A DNA stretch of 64,000 nucleotides from Bacteroidota bacterium (GCA_023251535.1 JAHEYP010000001.1:146178-210177); one strand, 5' to 3'. Numbered from the stretch's first letter, positions 40,857 to 50,293 are shown. Program-made: numbers and translations. The notes: generated by a model not told the origin, from the letters alone.

Positions 40857-43353
40857 TAATTTCCGCAGCTTCGCCTGCTTGTTGTTGCTGCTATTTGCAC
40901 TGCCTTCGTATGCCCAGATTCAATTGGGGAACAATGAAGACTTAATCGATTATAGCACTCCCAAAGAATATGAATTGGGTGGAATTACCGTATCTGGTGT
41001 GCAGTACCTCGATGAGAGCGTGCTCATTACGCTTACAGGATTGAATATCGGTGAGAAGTATAAAATCCCGGGCGATAAAATCTCTTCTGCTATCGAGAAC
41101 TTATGGAAACAAGGATTGCTTTCTGATGTTAAAGTGGTAGCAACAAAAATCGTTGATAACAGAATTTTCCTTGAATTCAGATTGCAAGAACGTCCTCGCC
41201 TTTCGAAATTTTCATTCGAGGGAGTGAGTAAAGGTGAAGCAGATAAATTACGCGAGAAATTGCAGTTGGTAAAAGGGAAAGTGGTTACCGAAAATCTAAT
41301 TCAGATGTCGATTAACCAAGTGAAAAATCACTTTATCGATAAAGGATATTTATTCGTTGATGTAAAAATCACGACTGAAAAAGACACTACTGGCGGTGCG
41401 AACTCTCAAATGATGCGCATCAGCGTAAGCAATAAACATCGTATTAAAATTAATGAGGTTATCCTTTCAGGAAATAAAGAATTCAGTGATAAAAAACTGA
41501 AGCGTAAAATGAAAGGCAGCAAAGAACGCGCTTGGTATAAAATATTTACTTCTTCGAAATATAGCGACGAAGCTTTAGAAAAAGACAAAGAAAAAATTGT
41601 TGCTTCTTATAACGCAAAAGGATTTAGAGATGCTGCTGTAGTTTCTGATAGCATCGCAAAACACAATAAAAAGTCAATCGATCTTTATGTAAATATTGAA
41701 GAAGGTCATAAGTACTTTTTCAGAAATATTTCTTGGATCGGAAACACTAAATATTCAACCGAAACATTAAAGCAGATTTTAAATATTTCGAAAGGTGATA
41801 TTTATAATCAGCAGAAAATGGAAGAAGGTTTATACCTCAGCCAAAGTGGTAGAGATGTTTCGTCTTTATATATGGATGATGGTTACCTTTTCTTCTCTGT
41901 TACTCCTGTAGAAGTATTAGTTACTGGTGATTCTATCGACGTTGAAATGCGCGTTTACGAGGGAAAACAAGCGGTTGTAAACAAGGTTACTGTAATTGGA
42001 AATACGAAGACAAACGATAAAGTTGTTTTGCGTGAAATTAGAACGCAACCAGGACAATTATTCAATCGTTCCGACATCATCAGAACACAACGTGAGTTAG
42101 CGCAGTTAGGATATTTCGATCAAGAAAAATTGAATGTTAATCCGAAGCCAAACCCTGCCGACGGAACAGTAGATATTGAATACATCGTTGAAGAACGTCC
42201 TTCCGATCAGCTTGAACTTTCAGGTGGTTGGGGCGGTGGCGCCGGCGTGGTAGGAACTTTAGGTGTTAGCTTTAATAATTTCTCGTTGAGAAATATTCCG
42301 AAGAAAAATACATGGACTCCATTACCATCGGGCGACGGACAAAAATTAAGTATCCGTTTCCAATCTAACGGTCGCTATTTCCAGAGTTATAATATGTCGT
42401 TTACCGAGCCTTGGCTTGGAGGAAAAAAACCGAATTCACTAAGTGTATCGGTATTCCGTTCAGTACAAACCGACGGATTAAAGAAAGACGATCCTGCACG
42501 TTCCGACTTAACCATCAGCGGAGCTTCGGTAGGATTAGGACGTCGCTTAAAATGGCCGGATGACTTCTTCACATTATATCACGAGATTTCATTCCAGAAT
42601 TATGCATTAAATCAATGGTCAGGAACATTCTTATTTACCGACGGATCATCGAATAACCTTAGCTTCCAACAAACGATATCGAGAAATTCTGTTGACGGAT
42701 TTATTTGGATCAGAAGCGGATCTCAGTTATCGATGACGCTACAATTGACTCCTCCATTCTCGTTATTAGATAAAAAGACCGACTACGCTACGGCTTCCTA
42801 TAACGTGAAGTACAAGTGGATTGAATACCACAAGTGGAAGTTCAGCGGAGCGTGGTATAAGAGCATTGGTAAATTCGTTTTGTATAATAAAGCACAATTC
42901 GGGTTCTTAGGATACTATAATAACGACATCGGACAAAGTCCATTTGAAAGGTTCTACTTAGGGGGAGATGGGCTATCGGGATACTCACTCGACGGACGTG
43001 AAATCATCGCCTTGAGAGGATACCAAAACAACTCAGTTACGCCGAAAATCAACGGGAATACCGTTGGAGGAACAGCATACGATAAGTTCACCATGGAATT
43101 ACGATTCCCGATTTCCTTAAATCCTTCAGCTACAATTTATGCCTTAGGATTCGTTGAAGGCGGTAATAACTACATGGGAATGAAGAACTTCAACCCTACT
43201 TCGTTAAAAAGATCAGCGGGTATGGGGGTAAGGATTTTCTTACCGATGTTCGGATTACTCGGACTTGACTGGGGATACGGATTTGACGATATTGAAGGAT
43301 CCAAAGCCAATAGCGGTGCAAACTTCCACTTCACTATCGGACAGCAGTTCTAG
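40849..43353 (+). CDS. bamA: Outer membrane protein assembly factor BamA
   Basis: Signal peptide [23 protein letters not shown] at the internal ATG (8-nt overlap with uppS). Multiple POTRA repeats. Barrel ending [10 protein letters not shown]. uppS-bamA-skp synteny. Confidence 0.93.
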   Translation: MLNNFRSFACLLLLLFALPSYAQIQLGNNEDLIDYSTPKEYELGGITVSGVQYLDESVLITLTGLNIGEKYKIPGDKISSAIENLWKQGLLSDVKVVATKIVDNRIFLEFRLQERPRLSKFSFEGVSKGEADKLREKLQLVKGKVVTENLIQMSINQVKNHFIDKGYLFVDVKITTEKDTTGGANSQMMRISVSNKHRIKINEVILSGNKEFSDKKLKRKMKGSKERAWYKIFTSSKYSDEALEKDKEKIVASYNAKGFRDAAVVSDSIAKHNKKSIDLYVNIEEGHKYFFRNISWIGNTKYSTETLKQILNISKGDIYNQQKMEEGLYLSQSGRDVSSLYMDDGYLFFSVTPVEVLVTGDSIDVEMRVYEGKQAVVNKVTVIGNTKTNDKVVLREIRTQPGQLFNRSDIIRTQRELAQLGYFDQEKLNVNPKPNPADGTVDIEYIVEERPSDQLELSGGWGGGAGVVGTLGVSFNNFSLRNIPKKNTWTPLPSGDGQKLSIRFQSNGRYFQSYNMSFTEPWLGGKKPNSLSVSVFRSVQTDGLKKDDPARSDLTISGASVGLGRRLKWPDDFFTLYHEISFQNYALNQWSGTFLFTDGSSNNLSFQQTISRNSVDGFIWIRSGSQLSMTLQLTPPFSLLDKKTDYATASYNVKYKWIEYHKWKFSGAWYKSIGKFVLYNKAQFGFLGYYNNDIGQSPFERFYLGGDGLSGYSLDGREIIALRGYQNNSVTPKINGNTVGGTAYDKFTMELRFPISLNPSATIYALGFVEGGNNYMGMKNFNPTSLKRSAGMGVRIFLPMFGLLGLDWGYGFDDIEGSKANSGANFHFTIGQQF

Positions 43354-43563
43354 AGGCTCAACATGAAGATTGGAAGAAGATTTACTAATTCCGGTCCGAC
43401 AAGAAAAGCACAATAAAAAGCAACCGATTACTGGTTACACTCTCAAAATCAGTCCCAAAGCTCGCTATAAGGAGAAGCCTAAACGCGATTCCCCTTGTAA
43501 GCTCGCTAAAATTGGATAACTTTGGCACGAATATTAATTGGGGACTTATAAAATTACCCTACT

Positions 43564-44178
43564 ATGAAAAAGACACTTGCATCCTTCTTAATGGCCTTCG
43601 CATTAATGGCCTTTTCACCTGCATTCGCACAGAAATATGCGTTTATCGACAGTCAGTACATCTTAGATAATATTTCTGAATACAAAGCAGCACAACAACA
43701 ACTCGATCAGCTAAGTATTAACTGGCAAAAAGAAATCGAGTCGAAATATGCAGTAATCGATAAGCTTTACAAAGACTATCAAGCAGAACAAATTCTCCTC
43801 ACGGAAGAAATGAAAAAGAAACGTGAGCAAGAAATCACTACCAAAGAAAAAGAAGTAAAAGAATTTCAAAAATCGAAGTTCGGATACGAAGGTGAGTTGT
43901 TCAAGAAAAAACAAGAACTAATTAAGCCGCTTCAAGATAAAATTTACAACGCTGTTAAGAAAATCGCAACAGATCAAAGCTATGCGGTAATCTTCGATAA
44001 GTCGGGCGATTTAATTATGCTTTACACAAATCCTAAATACGACAAGAGTGACGAAGTACTTGCGTCGATGGGATACAAAGCAGGAAACAAAAGCGATGGC
44101 GGAAGCAAGCCAGGAGCAGGAAGCGGAAGCGGTACCGATAGTAAATCGGGTGGTGCTCCTTCAGAAGAAAAGAAATAA
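43564..44178 (+). CDS. OmpH/Skp-family periplasmic chaperone, copy 1 (Gly/Ser-rich tail)
   Basis: Signal peptide, a long charged coiled-coil, position after bamA. Confidence 0.85.
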   Translation: MKKTLASFLMAFALMAFSPAFAQKYAFIDSQYILDNISEYKAAQQQLDQLSINWQKEIESKYAVIDKLYKDYQAEQILLTEEMKKKREQEITTKEKEVKEFQKSKFGYEGELFKKKQELIKPLQDKIYNAVKKIATDQSYAVIFDKSGDLIMLYTNPKYDKSDEVLASMGYKAGNKSDGGSKPGAGSGSGTDSKSGGAPSEEKK

Positions 44179-44238
44179 TATTTAATCCGTAATAAGGATC
44201 ATACTACCAACAATATCACAAACCCATCATCATTCATT

Positions 44239-44751
44239 ATGAATAAATTATTTGCCATCGCATGTGGTGTACTGCTAAGTTTCGCGACTACTGTAAATGC
44301 ACAAAACACACTTAAATTCGGACACATAAACTCAACACAACTTTTAAGTTTAATGCCTGAAACAAAAAACGCTGATTCTACACTTCAGAAATTCGGTGCA
44401 TCACTTGAAAGTCAATTAAAAACAATGACTGCCGAGTATCAAAATAAAATTGCTGACTTCAAAACGAAAGAAGCATCAATGGCTGATCCTATTCGTGATG
44501 CAAAAATGAAAGAAATCAGTGATTTAGAAGAACGCATTCAAGCATTCCAAGAGTCGGCACAAACATCAATGCAAAAGAAGAAAGAAGAGTTATACTCTCC
44601 TATCATTAAGAAAGCAGAAGATGCAATCAATCAAATTGCAAAAGATAAAAGCTACTCTTATATTTTTGATACAAGCGTAGGAGCTGTATTGTTTGCTCAA
44701 GACTCTGACGATATTCTTCCTATTGTAAAAACGAAGTTAGGTTTGAAATAA
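44239..44751 (+). CDS. OmpH/Skp-family periplasmic chaperone, copy 2
   Basis: 170 aa with a signal peptide and an OmpH-like coiled-coil. Confidence 0.85.
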   Translation: MNKLFAIACGVLLSFATTVNAQNTLKFGHINSTQLLSLMPETKNADSTLQKFGASLESQLKTMTAEYQNKIADFKTKEASMADPIRDAKMKEISDLEERIQAFQESAQTSMQKKKEELYSPIIKKAEDAINQIAKDKSYSYIFDTSVGAVLFAQDSDDILPIVKTKLGLK

Positions 44752-44777
44752 AATAAGACCTTAAACGGTAATTGAAG

Positions 44778-44810
44778 GCCCTGACGGTAAACGTCAGGGC
44801 TTTTGTTTTT
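44778..44810 (+). terminator. Rho-independent terminator of the bamA-skp operon
   Basis: GCCCTGACG-GTAAA-CGTCAGGGC followed by TTTTGTTTTT. Confidence 0.8.
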
Positions 44811-45150
44811 CTTGTTCGTCCTTAACATAGGTTAACTAACTTTAGTTGAAATACAATTCTGATATAAGTTTCCCATCAGATTAAATAGTTTATTCTTGTT
44901 GACTTCAATCTCCATTACGAACCAGATTTTATCTTTTTCTTGCTACAATATTATTGACGAACGGCATTTCCGAATCTCTATTCGAAGCGGAATGTCCGCC
45001 TTAAATTTTTGCTGAATGAACGATGAGAACGACAACGATAGAAAGAAACACTCTTTGAGGCCTGAAAGAACGATTTATTCGTTGCATTGAAGGTTTTTTT
45101 GTTCGTCATAAAAGGGTAATTTAATCGCTACATTGAAGTTTTATGATTAT

Positions 45151-45218
45151 TCGCCCTGTAGGGGCGATTTATTGTAACTCAACCCATAACGGTAACCCAA
45201 GGCACGCTGTAGGTGTGC
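45151..45218 (+). repeat. Two small TGTA-loop hairpin words
   Basis: TCGCCC-TGTA-GGGGCGA (45151-45167) and GCACGC-TGTA-GGTGTGC (45202-45218). Confidence 0.6.
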
Positions 45219-45594
45219 ATTAAAATGGGATCCACAACAGAATTAAATACCTTAAATTTTCCATAAATCTTAATCTTTCATTCGACTATTCAATAGTAGC
45301 GCGTTGGAAGAAGGAAAGTGTTGTATCCTGTATTTCTGTCTTTGAATGAATCAAAAAAAATAACCCCACAAAGCCCAGAAGGCTCCAGTTTACCGGATAA
45401 TTTATTACTAAAACGGTCAACCAAATTTAGGATGGATATCTTATCCCTGCCCTTAATTATAATTTTATCTATTCGGTTTTTCTTGAATTTCAATACTTCG
45501 TAGTTGGATAAATTTCCGCTCAATGAAGTTTGAATAATGGCTAATAACCAACCAACTTTTTCGGTATGCGATAAATTCTTTTCATCTTTGCTTT

Positions 45595-46416
45595 ATGGCC
45601 ACAAAATCAAAACCGGGAAATCGTCCTTTGGGGATATTTGATTCAGGAATCGGAGGATTAACAGTAGCGAATGCAATACACGAATTATTGCCAGAAGAAA
45701 ATTTGGTTTACTTCGGCGATACTGCACATTTACCGTATGGAGATAAGTCGCCGGAAGCGATTAAGAAATGGTCGGTAGCCATAAGCGACTTTTTAATGAC
45801 GCACAATTGCAAGATGATTGTAATTGCATGCAACAGTATATCATCGGTGGCCTACGACACCGTTAAGAAGCATATAGGATCGAAAGCCATTGTGGTGAAT
45901 GTGATTGATCCTGTGGTTGAATATGTGGTAAACCAAGCCGCTTTAAAGCATGTTGGAGTAATCGGGACAAAAGCTACCATTAAGACCGATATTTATGCAT
46001 CGAAGTTAAAAGACAGAAATAAAAAATTGTCGGTTAACTCTCTTGCCACTCCCCTACTTGCACCAATGATTGAAGAAGGATTTTTCAATAATAAAATATC
46101 GAAAACGATCATCAACGATTATTTATCGCGACCAAAATTAAAGAACATCGACAGTTTAATTTTAGGCTGTACGCATTACCCATTGATTCGTCCGGAGATA
46201 GAACAATTTTACAAAGGCAAAGTAACGATATTCGACACAGCACGAATCGTTGCACACCATGTTCAATGGCTCCTCGACGAAAACAATTTATTCAATAGCG
46301 GCAGCACCAAAAAACATCGATTCTTTATTTCCGACTTCACTCCAGCCTTCGAACAAAGCACAAAAATTTTCTTCAAAGGAAAAGTAAAATTGGAGCAGAA
46401 GAATTTGTGGAAATGA
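45595..46416 (+). CDS. murI: Glutamate racemase
   Basis: GIFDSGIGGLTV, IACNS and GCTHYP motifs. Confidence 0.93.
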   Translation: MATKSKPGNRPLGIFDSGIGGLTVANAIHELLPEENLVYFGDTAHLPYGDKSPEAIKKWSVAISDFLMTHNCKMIVIACNSISSVAYDTVKKHIGSKAIVVNVIDPVVEYVVNQAALKHVGVIGTKATIKTDIYASKLKDRNKKLSVNSLATPLLAPMIEEGFFNNKISKTIINDYLSRPKLKNIDSLILGCTHYPLIRPEIEQFYKGKVTIFDTARIVAHHVQWLLDENNLFNSGSTKKHRFFISDFTPAFEQSTKIFFKGKVKLEQKNLWK

Positions 46417-46456
46417 TGCTAATGTGCTAATGTGCTAATGTGCTAATGTGCTAATG
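46417..46456. repeat. Perfect 8-bp microsatellite (TGCTAATG)x5
   Basis: Five uninterrupted copies starting at the first base after the murI stop codon. Confidence 0.97.
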
Positions 46457-46486
46457 GAGCAAAGCTCGTTGCCCATCCACAATGAA

Positions 46487-46568
46487 ATCCCGAAGGGATG
46501 ACATTATCGTCACCAAGGGCCAACAGCCCGACCCAACCCCGAATGGGGTGACATAATAGTACCAGGGG
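46487..46568 (+). repeat. Two copies (49-bp period) of a hairpin module CCC-GAA(T)-GGG + GACATWATMGTMACCARGGG
   Basis: ATCCCGAAGGGATGACATTATCGTCACCAAGGG (46487-46519) versus ACCCCGAATGGGGTGACATAATAGTACCAGGGG (46536-46568). Confidence 0.85.
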
Positions 46569-46574
46569 GGCATA

Positions 46575-46637
46575 TCCATCTCGACTCCGCTCGATGACCA
46601 CCATACATATAAAGAGCTCGCTACTCGCTTCGCGAAA
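46575..46637 (+). repeat. Intergenic repeat module X, copy 1
   Basis: TCCATCTCGACTCCGCTCGATGACCAC...CTCGCTACTCGCTTCGCGAAA. About 92% identical to copy 2. Confidence 0.9.
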
Positions 46638-46724
46638 TTTCGAACCTAGAACTTCGAACTCAATAAAACAGATCGTTGGATAGAATAAAATTTGGTGATA
46701 GATGTTGAATTATTTGGGGACTCC

Positions 46725-46787
46725 TCCATCTCGACTCCGCTCGATGACCACGATACATATTAAGATTTCGCTACTCGCTTCGCGCAA
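46725..46787 (+). repeat. Intergenic repeat module X, copy 2
   Basis: Same 63-bp module, 150 bp downstream of copy 1. Confidence 0.9.
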
Positions 46788-46789
46788 TC

Positions 46790-46820
46790 CAAAATTCAAA
46801 ATACAAAATCTAAAATTATA
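46790..46820 (-). repeat. Module W, left inverted arm (abuts the stop codon of the T9SS cargo gene)
   Basis: In minus sense: TATAATTTTAGATTTTGTATTTTGAATTTTG. 29/31 identical to 50038..50068 read on the plus strand. Confidence 0.85.
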
Positions 46821-48380
46821 TTAATTTTTAACAAACCTGCCTGTTAACACTTCTTTATCAGTAACCAACCTAACAATATAAACTCCAGTTGAAAAGCTAG
46901 ACATATTTAAGTTTTGGGTGTAATATTCGGAAGATAATTTACCGGATTCTTGCTTAAGCAACTCTCCGTTTATTGAGAACAATTGAAATTGGAAATTTCT
47001 ACCTCTTAAATTTTTTGCGTTTATAAACGCAGTACTCCAACCTGCATCATAAAAAATGGCTAATGAGTTTGCCTCATTTATTATATCCTTTATGCCTACT
47101 GTTAAAGTATCACATGCGCTGCCTCGTAAGGGACCTAGTTCGTAATTTGGGTTATTGGGCAATCCCGCATAAGCTCGGTGACCTCCTAAGTAAAAACTAA
47201 AAGGTTGAAAATTACACGCAGCCCCGAGTCCGTTGGGGTTATTTACTACAGAAAGGTTTGTATTAACTAAGTTCCAAGTAGTATCACAATACAAATAATC
47301 AAATCCACAATCTAAAGAGTTGCCTTCTGCTGTTAAATATATTTTACCATCGGGCCCAAGTTGCACTAACCCTATCTCTTGAGAATTCAGATTACTTGCT
47401 GGCAATGCTAGCAATGTATCTCCGCTTGCTAAAAAATCACTTGCATTTAAATCATACTGTACAAAATAGGAAGTGTCACTACTTGTGCCAGCCAAAAATG
47501 AAGTTGTATATAATTTTGTGTCATCGGGCGACAACGCCATACTCCAATAATTGCGTCGCCATGTTGTGGCTCTTGGAGCTAAAATTGTATCGTTAGAAAT
47601 AACGCCAGTACATCGATCAAAATCAAAGCGTTCTATCAACCCCCCATTTGTACAGGAAAAAAAACTGTTTCCTGCATTATTGAATTCAAGGCGTTGTAAT
47701 CCCCCATTTATATAAGCGGAGCCAATTTGTTGTTGACTATGAAGCGACAAGCCATTCGGTGAAATTAGATACAAATAAAAATTGTTTAATTGCTGAGTAT
47801 AACTCCAATCGCGTATCATTACCCACCAATCTCTTCCATTGCCATGTTTAATTGCTGTAACACAGTCAGCTGTCTGAAATATTTGCAGTTGCACATTTTT
47901 TTGCAATACATAACCGGCTCCATTATTTAAACTCATATCTAGCAAGCTATAATAAAACCCTTGATTAATTGGAGTTTCGCCGGCCGTAAATATATAAAAT
48001 TGATTAATATTGGCAGGATTAGGAACTATGGTCATTTCGTTATACCATTCAAGCGCTTTTAGACTATCTCCATTTGTTATTATATTATGATTTTTGTTTA
48101 TTAAAAACCCCCAGTCATAAGTATAAGGCGGACTAGGTGGTCTAAAAATTGTTTGATTTGGAGTGCCACCATAAAATATTAAATCACCTAAACTATCGCA
48201 AATACTAACACAGGTACCTCTTACGCGCAATATACTTGAGTCAGGTAATGGGTTGCTTAAATTTTTAAAATTTATTGCGGCGCTATCTCCAAATGCCCAA
48301 AAACGATCTGTAAATTGAGCGTTAGCAAGTCCCGCTACAATCAACAAAACAAAAACCAACAAGCTTTTTACAACCTTCAT
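46821..48380 (-). CDS. Secreted protein with T9SS type-A C-terminal sorting domain
   Basis: Signal peptide MKVVKSLLVFVLLIVAGLANAQ at the internal ATG. C-terminus (SSFSTGVYIVRLVTDKEVLTGRFVKN) typical of Por/T9SS CTDs. Confidence 0.8.
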   Translation of the reverse strand: MKVVKSLLVFVLLIVAGLANAQFTDRFWAFGDSAAINFKNLSNPLPDSSILRVRGTCVSICDSLGDLIFYGGTPNQTIFRPPSPPYTYDWGFLINKNHNIITNGDSLKALEWYNEMTIVPNPANINQFYIFTAGETPINQGFYYSLLDMSLNNGAGYVLQKNVQLQIFQTADCVTAIKHGNGRDWWVMIRDWSYTQQLNNFYLYLISPNGLSLHSQQQIGSAYINGGLQRLEFNNAGNSFFSCTNGGLIERFDFDRCTGVISNDTILAPRATTWRRNYWSMALSPDDTKLYTTSFLAGTSSDTSYFVQYDLNASDFLASGDTLLALPASNLNSQEIGLVQLGPDGKIYLTAEGNSLDCGFDYLYCDTTWNLVNTNLSVVNNPNGLGAACNFQPFSFYLGGHRAYAGLPNNPNYELGPLRGSACDTLTVGIKDIINEANSLAIFYDAGWSTAFINAKNLRGRNFQFQLFSINGELLKQESGKLSSEYYTQNLNMSSFSTGVYIVRLVTDKEVLTGRFVKN

Positions 48381-48411
48381 AAAGTGCATCCTTAAAGTGA
48401 CCAATATTTAC

Positions 48412-48419
48412 CAAATGTA
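48412..48419 (-). promoter_or_regulatory. -7 box (TACATTTG) for the T9SS cargo gene
   Basis: Exact TAnnTTTG in minus sense, 32 nt upstream of the ATG at 48380. This supports the shorter start. Confidence 0.45.
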
Positions 48420-48600
48420 TATATAAATCACTAAAAAAGGAAATCGGCAAGCACTTAACCGTTTGTAAGCATTTATCTCCCGACTATTTCAAGGATTTTT
48501 TGTGATTTTAATTAGGGAGGGAACTTGCTGTACCCCATTCTGAAAATAGGGATTAAGGTAAATGGACGTTTTCGAGAATAATTTAATTGAGAAAGGTAAC

Positions 48601-48716
48601 GCGTCAGCCCCATCTCGGCTTATTTCGACTCCATCTCGACTTATTTCGACTCCGCTCAATAACCGCCGCTCGATGACCATGTTTCATATGAAGATTTCGC
48701 TATCCGCATCGCGCAA
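48601..48716 (+). repeat. Module X, copy 3 (expanded, with internal 21-bp tandem duplication)
   Basis: GCGTCAGCCCCATCTCGG... with CCATCTCG[G/A]CTTATTTCGACT twice (48610-48630, 48631-48651), then GCTCGATGACCAT...GATTTCGCTATCCGCATCGCGCAA. Confidence 0.85.
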
Positions 48717-48725
48717 CCGTAAACG

Positions 48726-48796
48726 GCGTCAGCCCCATCTCGACTCCGCTCGACAACCACGAATCATAAAAAGATCTCGCTACTCGCTTCGCGAAA
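48726..48796 (+). repeat. Module X, copy 4
   Basis: GCGTCAGCCCCATCTCGACTCCGCTCGACAACCAC...CTCGCTACTCGCTTCGCGAAA. Confidence 0.9.
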
Positions 48797-48817
48797 CTTC
48801 GAACATCGAACTTCGAA

Positions 48818-48970
48818 CCAATTCCTTTCCTCCACCCTTATTTCTATCCAAAAAACATCTCGCCGCCCGCTTCGCGAAACTTCGAACTTCGAACTTCGAA
48901 CCAATTCCTTTCCTCCACCCTTATTTCTATCCAAAAAACATCTCGCCGCCCGCTTCGCGAAACTTCGAAC
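48818..48970 (+). repeat. 83-bp tandem direct repeat, about 1.85 copies
   Basis: CCAATTCCTTTCCTCCACCCTTATTTCTATCCAAAAAACATCTCGCCGCCCGCTTCGCGAAACTTCGAAC is identical at 48818 and 48901. Confidence 0.95.
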
Positions 48971-48996
48971 CAAGAACCAAGAACTAGGAACCTTTT

Positions 48997-50016
48997 TCAA
49001 TAAAACAAAAACAACACCACCGTCGCCAATAAAAACACAAACACCACGGCAACCGAATACATCATCGACAATACGCACATCTTAAAGAAGGTTTTAGATC
49101 GTCCTTGTTGATACACTTTTCGCATAGCGAGATAAAAATAAACGGGGATATAAAGCAAGAGATAATATACGGGTAGTGATCCGCAGTATTGATCTAACAG
49201 CATAAAGACTGATAAAAACAAAAAGAAAAAAGTATGGACATGAAATGCATAGATCAAATGATCTACATACAGGATTTTTCTTCGGTAATATAATAAGTAC
49301 ATCAAGAATGCAAATACAGGAAGCATTGAGAAAATAATCCATGGTAACTTATGCAATAGATATTCTCCGAATCCTTCCGCTCCGTTTTCGGTATTGAATT
49401 TATATATCTTATAGGCTTGTATTACTTTGAATTTATTCCACCATGTATGCTCATGATGTAATTCGTTAAGCACTGCTTCTGGCTCCGTTATTCCTTTATC
49501 AAAACAAAGTTTTACAGAATCGGCAAAATCCGTTTTCTCCATTTCAATCTTAAGCGATTGATCTTCCTTGCTGATGGTATCTATCACTTCGCCTAAACTC
49601 ACTTTTCCGTCCTTGCTATGTAGTCCAGTGAAGTTTACAACTTCAGTGCTGTCGTTTAACTTTTTTACTTTCTCTGAACTCTCATGATCTTTTCCATTCG
49701 TTATTCCCATCACAATTACGAAAATGATCATAATGCTGATAAACATTCTCACAGGATGCAAGAACCTCGCTCTCTTTCCTTCATTGTACTGAACGGTGAG
49801 CGTACCGGGTTTAAATAGCAAGGGGATAACGCTTCCCATCACTTTGGAATCAAGATGCAGGAAATCGCCCGCTAACTCGCTTAACAACTCATGCGCTTTC
49901 TCTTTACGAACATTATTCACCTGTCCGCAATGCGGACAAAAATTATCGGATCCGGCATCGAGCGGATGATTACAGTTTAAACACTGCGACGATCGTTGAA
50001 TGTGTTTCAGATTCAT
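48997..50016 (-). CDS. DUF3667-like membrane protein with N-terminal zinc ribbon
   Basis: CLNCNHPL...FCPHCGQ zinc ribbon followed by several TM helices. Confidence 0.7.
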   Translation of the reverse strand: MNLKHIQRSSQCLNCNHPLDAGSDNFCPHCGQVNNVRKEKAHELLSELAGDFLHLDSKVMGSVIPLLFKPGTLTVQYNEGKRARFLHPVRMFISIMIIFVIVMGITNGKDHESSEKVKKLNDSTEVVNFTGLHSKDGKVSLGEVIDTISKEDQSLKIEMEKTDFADSVKLCFDKGITEPEAVLNELHHEHTWWNKFKVIQAYKIYKFNTENGAEGFGEYLLHKLPWIIFSMLPVFAFLMYLLYYRRKILYVDHLIYAFHVHTFFFLFLSVFMLLDQYCGSLPVYYLLLYIPVYFYLAMRKVYQQGRSKTFFKMCVLSMMYSVAVVFVFLLATVVLFLFY

Positions 50017-50037
50017 AAAGTACTGCCGAAGATAAAA

Positions 50038-50068
50038 TATAATTTTGGATTTTGAATTTTGAATTTTG
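50038..50068 (+). repeat. Module W, right inverted arm
   Basis: TATAATTTTGGATTTTGAATTTTGAATTTTG, 22 nt upstream of the DUF3667 ATG. Inverted relative to 46790..46820. Confidence 0.85.
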
Positions 50069-50251
50069 CGAAGCCCTGACAGTTATCGTCAGGGAAGTGT
50101 GTCGAACGTAATCATGTTTTCGAAGATGACTTCATCGACTCTACTGCAGGGGATTTTGGATTGCTGACGCGTTGCTTGATGGGCCGCTGATTTTTATGGT
50201 CTTTATGATTTACGCTATATTATCATCTTCGATGATTTTGCCTAACGGCAA

Positions 50252-50293
50252 GGAACACAGATGACAGGATTTGAAATGGATTTTAAAGGATTT
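50252..50293 (+). repeat. Module Y, copy 1 (phased GGATT word)
   Basis: GGAACACAGATGACAGGATTTGAAATGGATTTTAAAGGATTT. Related copies at 56511 and 56728. Confidence 0.85.

Noticed and set aside
45290-45523. 77-aa minus-strand ORF and the overlapping 61-aa plus-strand ORF upstream of murI.
   Set aside because: TTG start, no recognisable motifs, and two ORFs overlapping on opposite strands in an otherwise non-coding spacer. A small protein cannot be excluded, but there is no support.
46417-48970. CRISPR array as an explanation for the short repeats.
   Set aside because: There is no constant-length repeat alternating with unique spacers. Repeat units differ in size (8, 21, 63, 83 bp) and are directly tandem or irregularly spaced. 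There are no cas genes in the window.
48489-49078. ORFs 48489..48680(-), 48562..48987(+) and 48764..49078(-).
   Set aside because: They are translations of the X modules and the 83-bp tandem repeat. Their peptides are internally repetitive (VEISRDGVEISRDG, SRLISTPSRLISTP), mutually overlapping and lack start-site context.
50074-50093. CCCTGAC/GTCAGGG hairpin as a transcription terminator.
   Set aside because: There is no U-tract on either strand, and it sits upstream of a gene start. It is treated as a repeat-module hairpin instead.
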